Shown here piece by piece: positions 1 to 7,717 of a stretch of DNA of 20,000 nt. This DNA comes from an uncultured virus (IMG/VR IMGVR_UViG_3300031884_000010) (taxonomy: Duplodnaviria > Heunggongvirae > Uroviricota > Caudoviricetes): the IMG/VR virus record IMGVR_UViG_3300031884_000010; one strand, 5' to 3'. Position 1 is the stretch's first letter, and every line of letters starts with the position of its first letter. A model generated the notes under the pieces. The model did not search any database. It was not told the origin of the DNA and saw only the letters and a list, made by a program, of their open reading frames with translations. Position numbers and translations under genes: made by a program.

Positions 1-444
1 GAAGATGCGGTAGGTCTCCAGAAGAATCTCGGCGATGTCCTTGTCGTGGGCCAAGATAACCGAGACGCGCCCCGGGTTCAGGAACCCATCCATGAAGAAC
101 AGGGCCGCGATGAAGGTCGAGAACCCCAGCTGCCTGGGCTTGACGATGAGGTCCCTGATCCCACGGAAGCGATCGGCGGCCTTCTCGCGGAAGCCCTCAA
201 CGTGCCGCTGACGGAGCGAGGCCCGGTAGCGCCGCTGGATGGGGTTAAGGACGAAGGGCCAGAGGGCCCCGCCGTCCTTCACCCGGACCTGAAGGTTCTG
301 GGCACAGAACAAGAGCAACGAATGGGTGGTCGCCCGGATCTGCTTCTGCTCCGTCATCCCGTGCAGGGGGTCCAGCAGCCGGGCAGCTGCCGCCAGGGCC
401 TCCTCGCGGTTCGTGGGAGAGGGATGGGCATCTAGCGCACGCAA
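1..444 (-). CDS. terL: Phage terminase large subunit, N-terminal part (runs off window edge)
   Basis: Not in the ORF track; hand-translated from TTG at 444 after GAGGGGGG. MRALDAHP...FVLNPIQRRY...RDLIVKPRQLGFSTFIAA...SVILAHDKD contains an adenine-binding Q motif and a terminase-type Walker A (KxRQLGxS/T). Confidence 0.88.
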   Translation of the reverse strand, partial: MRALDAHPSPTNREEALAAAARLLDPLHGMTEQKQIRATTHSLLLFCAQNLQVRVKDGGALWPFVLNPIQRRYRASLRQRHVEGFREKAADRFRGIRDLIVKPRQLGFSTFIAALFFMDGFLNPGRVSVILAHDKDIAEILLETYRIF

Positions 445-974
445 TCGCCCCCCTCAACGGCCAATTGCCGGATCGCCACGGCCTGCAGAAACTCCAGCGA
501 GGGGTCGCCGGTGGCACGAAGCAGGATCTTCCCCGAGGCGCTGTCGGGAACCATCAAGAACACCCCCATCCGGACCTTCCGGTGCACCTCGCAGGCCAGG
601 GCCGCGTCCGGATGGGGCGTCTCATGCAGCCCCAGCACCGCGGCCAGCGCGAAGGAGGCCCGGGCGGCCTCGGACCACCAGCCGATCTCGCACCCCATGG
701 CAATGGCGGCATCGTGGCCGGCGCCCTTCCCATAACCGCGGGCCAGGACCGCATAGGACCGCCCCGATAGGCGGGCCAGTGCCCGGAAGGACTCCTCCTG
801 GATCATGTCCAGGGTCACGGTCAGCCGGTGGGCCTTCTGGATCCGCCCATAGAAGGTGTCCAGGGCCGCCGCGTGCCCCAGCAGGAGGGCCCACCAGGCG
901 GACTCATACCGGCCCGAGGGCGGAGGGATGATCACGGGGTCGAACTGGGGACAGAGCACCGCGGGACTACTCAA
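432..974 (-). CDS. Hypothetical protein (~180 aa) between terS and terL
   Basis: ORF 432..1088 with start refined to TTG 974 after GAGGAGG. It overlaps the terS stop and the terL start. Confidence 0.7.
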   Translation of the reverse strand: MSSPAVLCPQFDPVIIPPPSGRYESAWWALLLGHAAALDTFYGRIQKAHRLTVTLDMIQEESFRALARLSGRSYAVLARGYGKGAGHDAAIAMGCEIGWWSEAARASFALAAVLGLHETPHPDAALACEVHRKVRMGVFLMVPDSASGKILLRATGDPSLEFLQAVAIRQLAVEGGDCVR

Positions 975-1689
975 CAGGGTCCTCCTCGGGAAGCACATCC
1001 ATAACGTCGGCATCCTCGACAGGGTCCAGGCCCTCACGTATGAGGAGCCAGCGACCACCCCCACCGCCAGGGAGGACGACCTTCCCAATGTCCGGGTCCG
1101 CGGCCTCGGTCGTCGCCTTCAGCGCCCGGTGAAGCCCGGTGATGCCCCCGACGAGGTCAGACATGGACACCTGCTCCCGCTGCGCCTTCTCGATCACCTT
1201 CTGAACCAGGAACTGGGCGCCGGCGTGGATGGTCTCGCGGGCCCGGGCCTGCCGGACAGAGAGGAGCTTGGTGGTCTCGTCCTTCATGCGGAGCCCGAGC
1301 TTCGACTGGAAGGCCAGGCGGGCCTCCGGCCAATCCTCGTCCGACGAATGGCGCTCAACAGTGCGGAGGACCAAACCAAGGGCCGCAGAGAGGTCAACCA
1401 GCGACTCCCACTTCACGGGAGTGGAGCTAGGGGCCCCTTCTGGCAGGAATCCGCAAACATACCGATGCTTTACCGACACCCAGTCAACACTTACGACAGA
1501 CTCCTCAACCGCCTTGTTTTGAGTGGCTAACTCTGTGGCGGGAAGGGGCTTGGCCTTGTCGGGAGGGACCACGGGGGAGGTCGCCTTCTTGCGTGTCGGC
1601 GCCTTGGGCTTCTCGACGGTCTTGCCGACAGCCTTCCTGCGCTTCTTCGGGGCGGCCTTCCGGGCACGCTTCGGGGCGGGGGCGGTCAT
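967..1689 (-). CDS. Putative terminase small subunit
   Basis: Lys/Arg-rich N-terminal tail, HTH-like SLVDLSAALGLVLRTVERHSSDEDW, then long helices; upstream of terL. Confidence 0.6.
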   Translation of the reverse strand: MTAPAPKRARKAAPKKRRKAVGKTVEKPKAPTRKKATSPVVPPDKAKPLPATELATQNKAVEESVVSVDWVSVKHRYVCGFLPEGAPSSTPVKWESLVDLSAALGLVLRTVERHSSDEDWPEARLAFQSKLGLRMKDETTKLLSVRQARARETIHAGAQFLVQKVIEKAQREQVSMSDLVGGITGLHRALKATTEAADPDIGKVVLPGGGGGRWLLIREGLDPVEDADVMDVLPEEDPVE

Positions 1690-1910
1690 CCCGGAGCCTG
1701 CTGGGCCATCTTGGCGACCTCGAGAAGCACCCGCCGGATGGTGGCAGCGGCCAGGTGGGGGGAGAGTTCTCCTGAGTCGAGGCCGAGGGCCAGACGATCC
1801 ATGCAGAAGGTGGCGTGGGTCAACTGGGCCAGGTGAAGCCGGGACTTGAGCGCGTGGGCACAGAACAGCCCGCAGGACTTCTCAGCAGAGAGGGATTCTC
1901 CGGGCATCAC
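1686..1910 (-). CDS. Hypothetical protein (74 aa)
   Basis: 4-nt start/stop overlaps with both neighbours. Confidence 0.7.
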   Translation of the reverse strand: MMPGESLSAEKSCGLFCAHALKSRLHLAQLTHATFCMDRLALGLDSGELSPHLAAATIRRVLLEVAKMAQQAPG

Positions 1911-2149
1911 GGGAGCACCTCCCAGTCCCGGGCCAGGAGGTCTGGGGAGGTCGCGTGCCAGGGCATCCCGAAATCGGCGGAGGCCAGGCGCACCTGGAAG
2001 TAGGGGAGCGGGCCCAGGGGCTTCCCCCCGACCATGATCTGGTTGCCAGGGACCAAGCGAACGGTGGACCCCTGGGGCCAGGAGGCCCGACGGGCGACCC
2101 GACCGGACTCGAGGAGGCCCAGGGCCTCGGCGAAGGGCAGAGCCTTCAT
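1907..2149 (-). CDS. DUF2829 / Tad2-like anti-defence sponge protein
   Basis: F-x-EAL-xx-L-xx-G-xxxx-R-xx-W at the N-terminus and PW-xxxxx-DLLA-x-DW at the C-terminus; 80 aa. Confidence 0.8.
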   Translation of the reverse strand: MKALPFAEALGLLESGRVARRASWPQGSTVRLVPGNQIMVGGKPLGPLPYFQVRLASADFGMPWHATSPDLLARDWEVLP

Positions 2150-2436
2150 GGCTGCCCCGCCAACTCGAGGGTGGCCGGATGCCCGTCCAGGAGCACCCGC
2201 TGGGTGAGTTTCACCAGGTCCCCGAACGTGGGGATCCCGGCCCCAGGGGGCTGGCTGATGTCGAAGTGGACCCCGATCCCACGGCCATGGGGGTCAGCCC
2301 AGGACCCCACACGGACAGCGTAGACGATCTGCTCCATGAAGGTGGCCTCATTGGGACGCATGAGGACCGTGGCGCCCGCGGCCAGCATGAACATGATGCG
2401 GGCGGGCCGGACGGCCCGGGGGTGGATGGGGATCAC
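2146..2436 (-). CDS. Hypothetical protein (96 aa)
   Basis: GTG 2436 after GAGGAGG, GTGA overlap with the upstream stop; MIPIHPRAVRPARIMF... Confidence 0.7.
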   Translation of the reverse strand: MIPIHPRAVRPARIMFMLAAGATVLMRPNEATFMEQIVYAVRVGSWADPHGRGIGVHFDISQPPGAGIPTFGDLVKLTQRVLLDGHPATLELAGQP

Positions 2437-2858
2437 GAAACCTCCTCGAGAGAGAGCAGCCGGTGCACGTGGGCCAGGAGCACGAGGTCGTCGCCATACC
2501 GGGCGGTGAAGTCGGCCTCGGCCAGATGACGGGAAGGGATGCCCTTCGCGCCCCCCCGGTGGTGGATGGGATCCAGAGGGATGACCTCGAAGTGGGAGGC
2601 CCGGCACCCCGCCCCGTAGGCCGTGCCGTCCGGGCGCAACCGGGAGTGGTGGAGTTCCGCAGGCGTGCCCGGGAACCCGTCGAGCCTGCAGGCCAGGCAC
2701 CCGAGAGCGGCCACCTGGTCCATGTGCTCCTTCTCGGCCCGGGTCGGGGGCTTCCGCTTGGAGCGCTTCCTGGGCTTCCGGACAGCTGGCGCCCGGGAGG
2801 CCAGCCGCGGGGAGGAGGCCCGGAGGGGTGTGCGCCGGAGGAGCGGGGAGCGCTTCAT
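2433..2858 (-). CDS. Ref-like (P1 recombination enhancement, RecA-dependent) HNH nuclease
   Basis: Basic N-terminus MKRSPLLRRTPL, then VAALGCLAC...PAELHH...G-x-G-x-RASH...VIPLDPIHHRGG...H...F...YG. Confidence 0.8.
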   Translation of the reverse strand: MKRSPLLRRTPLRASSPRLASRAPAVRKPRKRSKRKPPTRAEKEHMDQVAALGCLACRLDGFPGTPAELHHSRLRPDGTAYGAGCRASHFEVIPLDPIHHRGGAKGIPSRHLAEADFTARYGDDLVLLAHVHRLLSLEEVS

Positions 2859-2995
2859 CGGGCACCACATGAGGAGCAGAACACCGTGCCGTGCTGGGTG
2901 GACGACACCCTCTCCCCGCACCGCGGGCAGAACCCGAACAGGTGGCAGAGCACCCGGACCCAGTAGTTGAGGCGGTAGCGCAGGAACTGAATCAT
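2855..2995 (-). CDS. Small Zn-ribbon protein A (46 aa)
   Basis: MIQFLRYRLNYWVRVLCHLFGFCPRCGERVSSTQHGTVFCSSCGAR; ATGA overlaps at both ends. Confidence 0.75.
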   Translation of the reverse strand: MIQFLRYRLNYWVRVLCHLFGFCPRCGERVSSTQHGTVFCSSCGAR

Positions 2996-3114
2996 CGGCG
3001 ACACCCACACGAGGGGCAGTAGACCAGGCCCCGAGGGCTCCGATCCACCCGGCGCCCGCACAGGTGGCAGAACCCCAGGAAATGGGAAAAAGAGCGCCAG
3101 AGGCGACGGATCAT
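2992..3114 (-). CDS. Small Zn-ribbon protein B (40 aa), paralog of A
   Basis: MIRRLWRSFSHFLGFCHLCGRRVDRSPRGLVYCPSCGCRR; ATGA overlaps at both ends. Confidence 0.75.
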   Translation of the reverse strand: MIRRLWRSFSHFLGFCHLCGRRVDRSPRGLVYCPSCGCRR

Positions 3115-3356
3115 CGGGGCGCTCCACAGGAAGGGCATCGGGTGCCAGAGGGGACCAGGGTGTGGCAGTAGCAGCACCGGGCGCCGGCCGGAGGGATCGT
3201 GGGCAGCCATTCGGGCGCCTCCCCGATGCGGGTGACCCAGACGCCCTTGGGCACAGCATCGAGCCCCAAGGAGGCCCGGACCTCCTCGGGGGTCAGGAGA
3301 CGAATCGCAGCCGATGGCCTGACGGCGGTGAGGATGGACAGGGTGTCGAGCATCAC
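3111..3356 (-). CDS. Small protein with C-terminal Zn ribbon (~81 aa)
   Basis: GTG/ATG start after GGAGGAGG; ends CCYCHTLVPSGTRCPSCGAPR. Confidence 0.72.
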   Translation of the reverse strand: MMLDTLSILTAVRPSAAIRLLTPEEVRASLGLDAVPKGVWVTRIGEAPEWLPTIPPAGARCCYCHTLVPSGTRCPSCGAPR

Positions 3357-3658
3357 CCCTCCTCCCCGGCCCTGACGATCTCGACCGTCTGCTCTCGCGT
3401 GAGGCCCAGGCGCTTGCATGCCGCGATGAGGCTTGCTGAAATTTCCGCCTGCGGACGGCGAAACACCCAGCCCGGGCCTGCTTGGGATTTTTTCGCCACA
3501 CCCAAGGAAACCAGGGTGCCGACATGCCTATGAAGCGTGCTGATAGCGGATTTGGTCGAGGCGGACAAATCCCGCAATGTGACAGCACGACCAAGGGCCT
3601 TCTGCTGGATGAGCCCAGCCTCGAGCACGCGACGATTGGCAGGAGAGAGGGGGGTCAT
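3353..3658 (-). CDS. Winged-HTH DNA-binding protein (LexA/IclR-type DNA-binding domain)
   Basis: LSPANRRVL...VTLRDLSASTKSAISTLHRHVGTLVSLG pattern. Confidence 0.7.
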   Translation of the reverse strand: MTPLSPANRRVLEAGLIQQKALGRAVTLRDLSASTKSAISTLHRHVGTLVSLGVAKKSQAGPGWVFRRPQAEISASLIAACKRLGLTREQTVEIVRAGEEG

Positions 3659-3903
3659 TGGCCAAACTCCGCGGGGCCGGTGGGAATCACGGCCGGAAGG
3701 ATGAGACGGAGGGCCAGGCCCCCACCATGGAGGTCCGCCACCTGCAGGGAGGAGCGCCGGGCAACGAAAAGGTCGTCCTTGGTGATCACCGCTTCACCCC
3801 CGATACGGATCAAGAGGGCCCGGATCACCTCAGAGGACAGCTGGAGATCCGCATTGGCCTGGGCCAGGTTCTCCAGGGAGGTCGGGAGGTCGGGGCGACT
3901 CAT
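3655..3903 (-). CDS. Hypothetical protein (82 aa)
   Basis: ATG 3903 with ATGA coupling; MSRPDLPTSLENL... Confidence 0.7.
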   Translation of the reverse strand: MSRPDLPTSLENLAQANADLQLSSEVIRALLIRIGGEAVITKDDLFVARRSSLQVADLHGGGLALRLILPAVIPTGPAEFGQ

Positions 3904-4010
3904 GGACGCCCCAGCATGAGGCGGGCCCCCCGGGCGCCAAGATGAACCCCCAGGAAGAAGGATGCGATCACGAGGCAGGCGACCCATCCGAGAGGAAGGG
4001 AGGTGTTCAT
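3900..4010 (-). CDS. Small single-TM protein (36 aa)
   Basis: MNTSLPLGWVACLVIASFFLGVHLGARGARLMLGRP; ATGA overlaps. Confidence 0.62.
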   Translation of the reverse strand: MNTSLPLGWVACLVIASFFLGVHLGARGARLMLGRP

Positions 4011-4117
4011 CCGCGGTGCTCCCGACGAAAGACCAGACCACGGCACCAACCCAGGTAGTAGGCCATACCATGGGAGCAGGCCAGGATGAGCAGGAAGGTT
4101 CCCAGGGACATACTCAT
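4007..4117 (-). CDS. Small single-TM protein (36 aa)
   Basis: MSMSLGTFLLILACSHGMAYYLGWCRGLVFRREHRG; ATGA overlaps. Confidence 0.62.
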   Translation of the reverse strand: MSMSLGTFLLILACSHGMAYYLGWCRGLVFRREHRG

Positions 4118-4548
4118 GGCGCACCTGCCGCACACCGAGCACGACGTTCCTGTTTCACTCGCACGGCATCTCGCGAGGAACAAGCCTTGCACTTGTAATA
4201 AAGCCGGTTGTGGGCAGCATAGAAATAGAAATCGGACTCCGGCTTGGACTGGTTGCACTTCTCGCAGAGCTTCCACCAAACCCCGTCCACCAGCACACAA
4301 TCCGAGTGCTCCCGCTTGTGGGTGGTGGCGTCCAGGGCCTCGAGATTCTCCAGGCCGTTGTCGAGCTTGTCGGCGTTCCGATGATGGATCTGAACCCCAG
4401 CAGGGATAGGGCCGTGCACCTCCTCCCAAACCAGGTCGTGAAGCATCCGAGCAGGGCGATCACCAAGGCGGCCGACGCGCACATACCCCTTCTTCGTCAC
4501 CTGGGCGCGACCCCAGGGCGTCTCGATGGACGGCCCATACTTACCCAT
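4114..4548 (-). CDS. HNH endonuclease with C-terminal Zn finger
   Basis: LHDLVWEEVHGPIP...IHHRNADKLDNGLENL...H...H; CEKC...CKAC. Confidence 0.88.
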   Translation of the reverse strand: MGKYGPSIETPWGRAQVTKKGYVRVGRLGDRPARMLHDLVWEEVHGPIPAGVQIHHRNADKLDNGLENLEALDATTHKREHSDCVLVDGVWWKLCEKCNQSKPESDFYFYAAHNRLYYKCKACSSRDAVRVKQERRARCAAGAP

Positions 4549-5968
4549 GCGAAGCCTCTCCAGGCTTCACCCGAATGGCGTCCATGCCGGTGATCATCTT
4601 CCAGCGCAAAGCGCAGACGTCACAAAATTTAGGGTCCAACTCTACTAAGGCCGCCCGGCGCCTGGCCAGGTGGCAAGCGATGAGCGTCGAGCCAGAGCCC
4701 CCGAATGCATCCAACACGAGGTCGCCAGGGTTGCTCGAGAGCTTGATAGCCCGGTCCAGGAGAGCAACAGGCTTGGTGGTCGGGTGAAGGACGTTCGAAG
4801 CCGTCTCCCGGCCCTGCTCCCAGACGGTGGTCTGGGTCCGGCCACCCTTCCAAGTGGGCTTCGCCTCGAAATCGGTGGCGTAGATGCCCTGGGAATGGTC
4901 CTCGATCACAAGGCCCCGCCCCACGACGTCGACCGGGACCGCCCCGGCCTCCTGCTCGGCCAGGAAGGCGTTCTCGTGGCGCCGGCGGAACTCGTCCATG
5001 CCCAGGCCCGCGGAGGGCTTCACCCAGATAATCTGGGTCTTCACCCGGAGGCCCACCTCCTCGAGCGCGTTCTGGAACTCGCGCTGCCGGTGGTAGGAGT
5101 GCCAGACATACCAGGCGGCCTGCTTCATGGAGGCGGCCCGGACACAGGCGAAGGCCCGGGTGAGGAGGTTCTCGAGGGCGGCCCGGTCCAGGGCGTCGTT
5201 CTTGATCTTCCCGCCAGCTGTGCCCTTGGCGTTGGAGGAGTAGTCCATCCCATAGGGCGGATCCGTGAGGACCAGGGCGCCCTCCTCCCCGCCGAGCAGC
5301 GTGCGCCAGACGAAAGGATCGGTGCTGTCCCCACAGATAAGCTTGTGGGGGCCCATGAGAATGACTTCGCCAAGCACCGTCTCGGGAACCGCGGGGGGCT
5401 CGGGGACGGTGTCGGGGTCCACCTTGGGGGGTTCCCCGCCACCCGGGATGGTTCCGAACAGATCCTCAAGGGCAGACAGCGTGAAGCCGGTCGCCTCGAT
5501 ATCGAAGGCGCCATTGTCGAGCCCAACCAGGATCTCCTGCAGGGAGGTCAGCGACCACGAACTGAGATCCACAGTCCGGTTATCAACCACGGTGTAGGCG
5601 GTGGCATCGCGGTCGTCCAGGTCGGCCACGATGACCGGGATGACGGTGTCGCCGTGCCCAGCATCGAGGAGCGCCTGGAGGCGACCATGGCCGGCGAGGA
5701 GGCGGTTGGTTCCCTTCTGGACCACAGGAAGGGCGACCAGCCCATGATGAGCGATGGACTTCTGAATGATCCGAAGCTGCTCCGCAGAATGCTCCCGAGG
5801 ATTTCCAGCCCATGGGCGGAGGTCCCGAACCTTCATCTGGACCACCTCGGGAACCCGGAGGTCGGATCCTGAAGGCGCAGCAGGAGGTGGGCCAGCAGCG
5901 GCCGGCTTCTTGGGCGGGGCCGCGGGAGGAGCGGCCGGCTTCTTCTTGGGGTGCGCTTTAGCAGGCAA
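4541..5968 (-). CDS. ParB-N domain fused to beta-class amino (N6A/N4C) DNA methyltransferase
   Basis: NPREHS...LLAGHGRL...DNR (ParB-like); DPPY (motif IV) precedes HPTTKP and LDAFGGSGST (motif I). Start refined to TTG 5968 after GAGG. Confidence 0.92.
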   Translation of the reverse strand: MPAKAHPKKKPAAPPAAPPKKPAAAGPPPAAPSGSDLRVPEVVQMKVRDLRPWAGNPREHSAEQLRIIQKSIAHHGLVALPVVQKGTNRLLAGHGRLQALLDAGHGDTVIPVIVADLDDRDATAYTVVDNRTVDLSSWSLTSLQEILVGLDNGAFDIEATGFTLSALEDLFGTIPGGGEPPKVDPDTVPEPPAVPETVLGEVILMGPHKLICGDSTDPFVWRTLLGGEEGALVLTDPPYGMDYSSNAKGTAGGKIKNDALDRAALENLLTRAFACVRAASMKQAAWYVWHSYHRQREFQNALEEVGLRVKTQIIWVKPSAGLGMDEFRRRHENAFLAEQEAGAVPVDVVGRGLVIEDHSQGIYATDFEAKPTWKGGRTQTTVWEQGRETASNVLHPTTKPVALLDRAIKLSSNPGDLVLDAFGGSGSTLIACHLARRRAALVELDPKFCDVCALRWKMITGMDAIRVKPGEASHG

Positions 5969-6341
5969 CTTCGGGACCTCGTGCCTTGGACTCGTAGCCC
6001 CAGGCGTGGCGGCGATACTGGCGGTAGGACCAGGGCTTGAGGCCCCGGACGGACGCCATCTCGCGGTAAAGGGGATAACTGTAGAGGAGCGGAGTGTCGG
6101 GGCCCATGGCACGGAGGGTCCAGCGGGCCACACGATTGGCCAGGGTCCGGTTCGCGTGGGAGGCGCCGATGGAAACCACCTGCACGCGAGAGAGGCTGAT
6201 GTAGCGTTTGGTCTTGGTCGCAGCCGCACGCCGAGACAGGGCAACCAACAGGGCCGCATGCTCGGGACGCTGCCCAGTGACGTCCTCGATGACGTCAACC
6301 AGGCGATTCAGGCACACGTAAATGGATTGATCGATATCCAA
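5958..6341 (-). CDS. Hypothetical protein (~127 aa)
   Basis: TTG 6341 after GAGGA; stop overlaps the methyltransferase start. Confidence 0.62.
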   Translation of the reverse strand: MDIDQSIYVCLNRLVDVIEDVTGQRPEHAALLVALSRRAAATKTKRYISLSRVQVVSIGASHANRTLANRVARWTLRAMGPDTPLLYSYPLYREMASVRGLKPWSYRQYRRHAWGYESKARGPEVAC

Positions 6342-6387
6342 GCGAGTCCTCGGGCGACTCGTCAGGGAACCAATAAGATTGGGACCG

Positions 6388-6558
6388 TCAAGAGGGAAAT
6401 TGCCCCCCGCCCAGCCCAAGCTGGACCAACTCGGATTCAAGCTGGAAGCCGTGCTGCCACCATTCGCGCTCCCTAGAGCCTTCCAGGTGGGGGCACTCCA
6501 GCAAGGAGCCCCCACGCCTGAAGGCTGATCTGCCCTTGTGGATCTCGGCGGCACGCAT
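6388..6558 (-). CDS. Small Rmf/CrpP-fold-like protein (56 aa)
   Basis: HKGRSAFRRGGSLLECPHLEGSREREWWQHGF resembles the G-xx-A-xxx-G-xxxxx-CPY...W-xx-G pattern. Confidence 0.55.
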   Translation of the reverse strand: MRAAEIHKGRSAFRRGGSLLECPHLEGSREREWWQHGFQLESELVQLGLGGGQFPS

Positions 6559-6571
6559 GGCCGTTTCTTTG

Positions 6572-6877
6572 CTAGTCCTTAGCATTGGCGGCCTCCTTGG
6601 CACGGCGAACAGCCTTCTGATGGAGGATGAGATCGGCGCCACGGGGAGAGGCGCAGCAGCGGCAGACCCCCTCGTCAGCGGAATGGAGCACCACCTTGGT
6701 CGGGCTCCGGTAGGTCTGGTGGTTCTGCATGTGGAGGTCGGTGTCCAGGGACCAGACCCGGAGGTTGGACTTGAGGCGGACCACCCGCAGGCCCTCGGGC
6801 GCCCCGCACTCGGTGCAGAAGCGAAGCCCGAGCGCCTTGTGTGCCTCGAGCCTCCGATCAAGCGACGTCTTCACCAT
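6572..6877 (-). CDS. Hypothetical Zn-binding protein
   Basis: ATG 6877 after GGAGG; CTEC...CRCC. Confidence 0.65.
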   Translation of the reverse strand: MVKTSLDRRLEAHKALGLRFCTECGAPEGLRVVRLKSNLRVWSLDTDLHMQNHQTYRSPTKVVLHSADEGVCRCCASPRGADLILHQKAVRRAKEAANAKD

Positions 6878-7220
6878 CGAGGCCCTCCAGGATAAGGGAT
6901 CCGAGGTCAACGACCTTCGGGAAGCCCGAGCGACGCTTGCAGAGCCAGACCTCCATCCGGGCCCCGCGGCTGTTCACCCAGTTATCCAACGGGACGAGGT
7001 AGTCGCAGCGCCGCAGCATGGTGATGCACTTCCGCATGGCAGCCTTCCAGACCTCCTCGGGCGTGCCCTTGGGCTCCAGAACATGAGCATGGGGGACGAA
7101 GGCCATGTAGTCCCCAGCCGACTCCACGAGCATGCCCATCTCGAGGGCCTGCTGGCGGAAGTGGAACATGGTGGCGGCGTCTGGGTCGGTCAGCTTCCCA
7201 GCGATGTAAACGAGCTTCAT
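6858..7220 (-). CDS. DUF4406 / nucleoside deoxyribosyltransferase-like protein
   Basis: MKLVYIAG...VPH...MRKCITMLRRCD...LDNWVNSRGARME. Confidence 0.82.
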   Translation of the reverse strand: MKLVYIAGKLTDPDAATMFHFRQQALEMGMLVESAGDYMAFVPHAHVLEPKGTPEEVWKAAMRKCITMLRRCDYLVPLDNWVNSRGARMEVWLCKRRSGFPKVVDLGSLILEGLDGEDVA

Positions 7221-7717
7221 GGCAGCACCTCGCGCAAATCGTCACAGGACCAGATCACACCGACACAGGCCCCTGCCCCGTGCATGGCGTCCAGGAAGGC
7301 CAACTGGTCGGGGGTGGGCTTCCCGGGCGACGCCACCTGCCGGAAGCCACTGAGGGTGGGCTCCAGGTGCTCGGCCGCCTTGCATTCGATGTAAAGAGGG
7401 ATCCCCCAGGGGAAGGCCAAGCGGTGCACCTGGGGGGGAATGGTGCCCACGATGTCCACGAGGCCCGCCAGAATGCCGGTCTCCCCGCGGAGGAGGGCCG
7501 AGGCGTCCCGGGCACCGAGGCCCTGCCGGCGGAGGGCGCCGATGGCCCTCCCCCGGAGTTTCTTGGCCCCGGCGTCGACTACAGCGGCTGGGATGCCCAG
7601 GTAGGACAGGCGGGCGATGGCCGCGGCCTGAATGTCGGCCTCGGAGGGCCGGAGGCAGAGCCAGGACGTCTTGTAGCGGGTGCGGTCCCACTGCCAGAGG
7701 TAGGAGCGCTCAACCAT
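7217..7717 (-). CDS. VRR-NUC (PD-(D/E)xK) nuclease, Holliday-junction-resolvase-like
   Basis: SEADIQ...GLVDI...YIECK...GKPTPDQ..FL...GA; ATG 7717. Confidence 0.85.
   Translation of the reverse strand: MVERSYLWQWDRTRYKTSWLCLRPSEADIQAAAIARLSYLGIPAAVVDAGAKKLRGRAIGALRRQGLGARDASALLRGETGILAGLVDIVGTIPPQVHRLAFPWGIPLYIECKAAEHLEPTLSGFRQVASPGKPTPDQLAFLDAMHGAGACVGVIWSCDDLREVLP

Noticed and set aside
357..444. Frameshift in terL, since ATG 431 next to the upstream stop is out of frame
   Set aside because: An in-frame TTG at 444 with a good RBS (or ATG 357) explains the gene without a frameshift.
4670..5872. 400-aa plus-strand ORF
   Set aside because: Antisense shadow of the methyltransferase in GC-rich DNA; no motifs.
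5969..6298. N-terminal extension of the methyltransferase in the ORF track
   Set aside because: Overlaps the upstream gene in another frame; the RBS supports TTG 5968.
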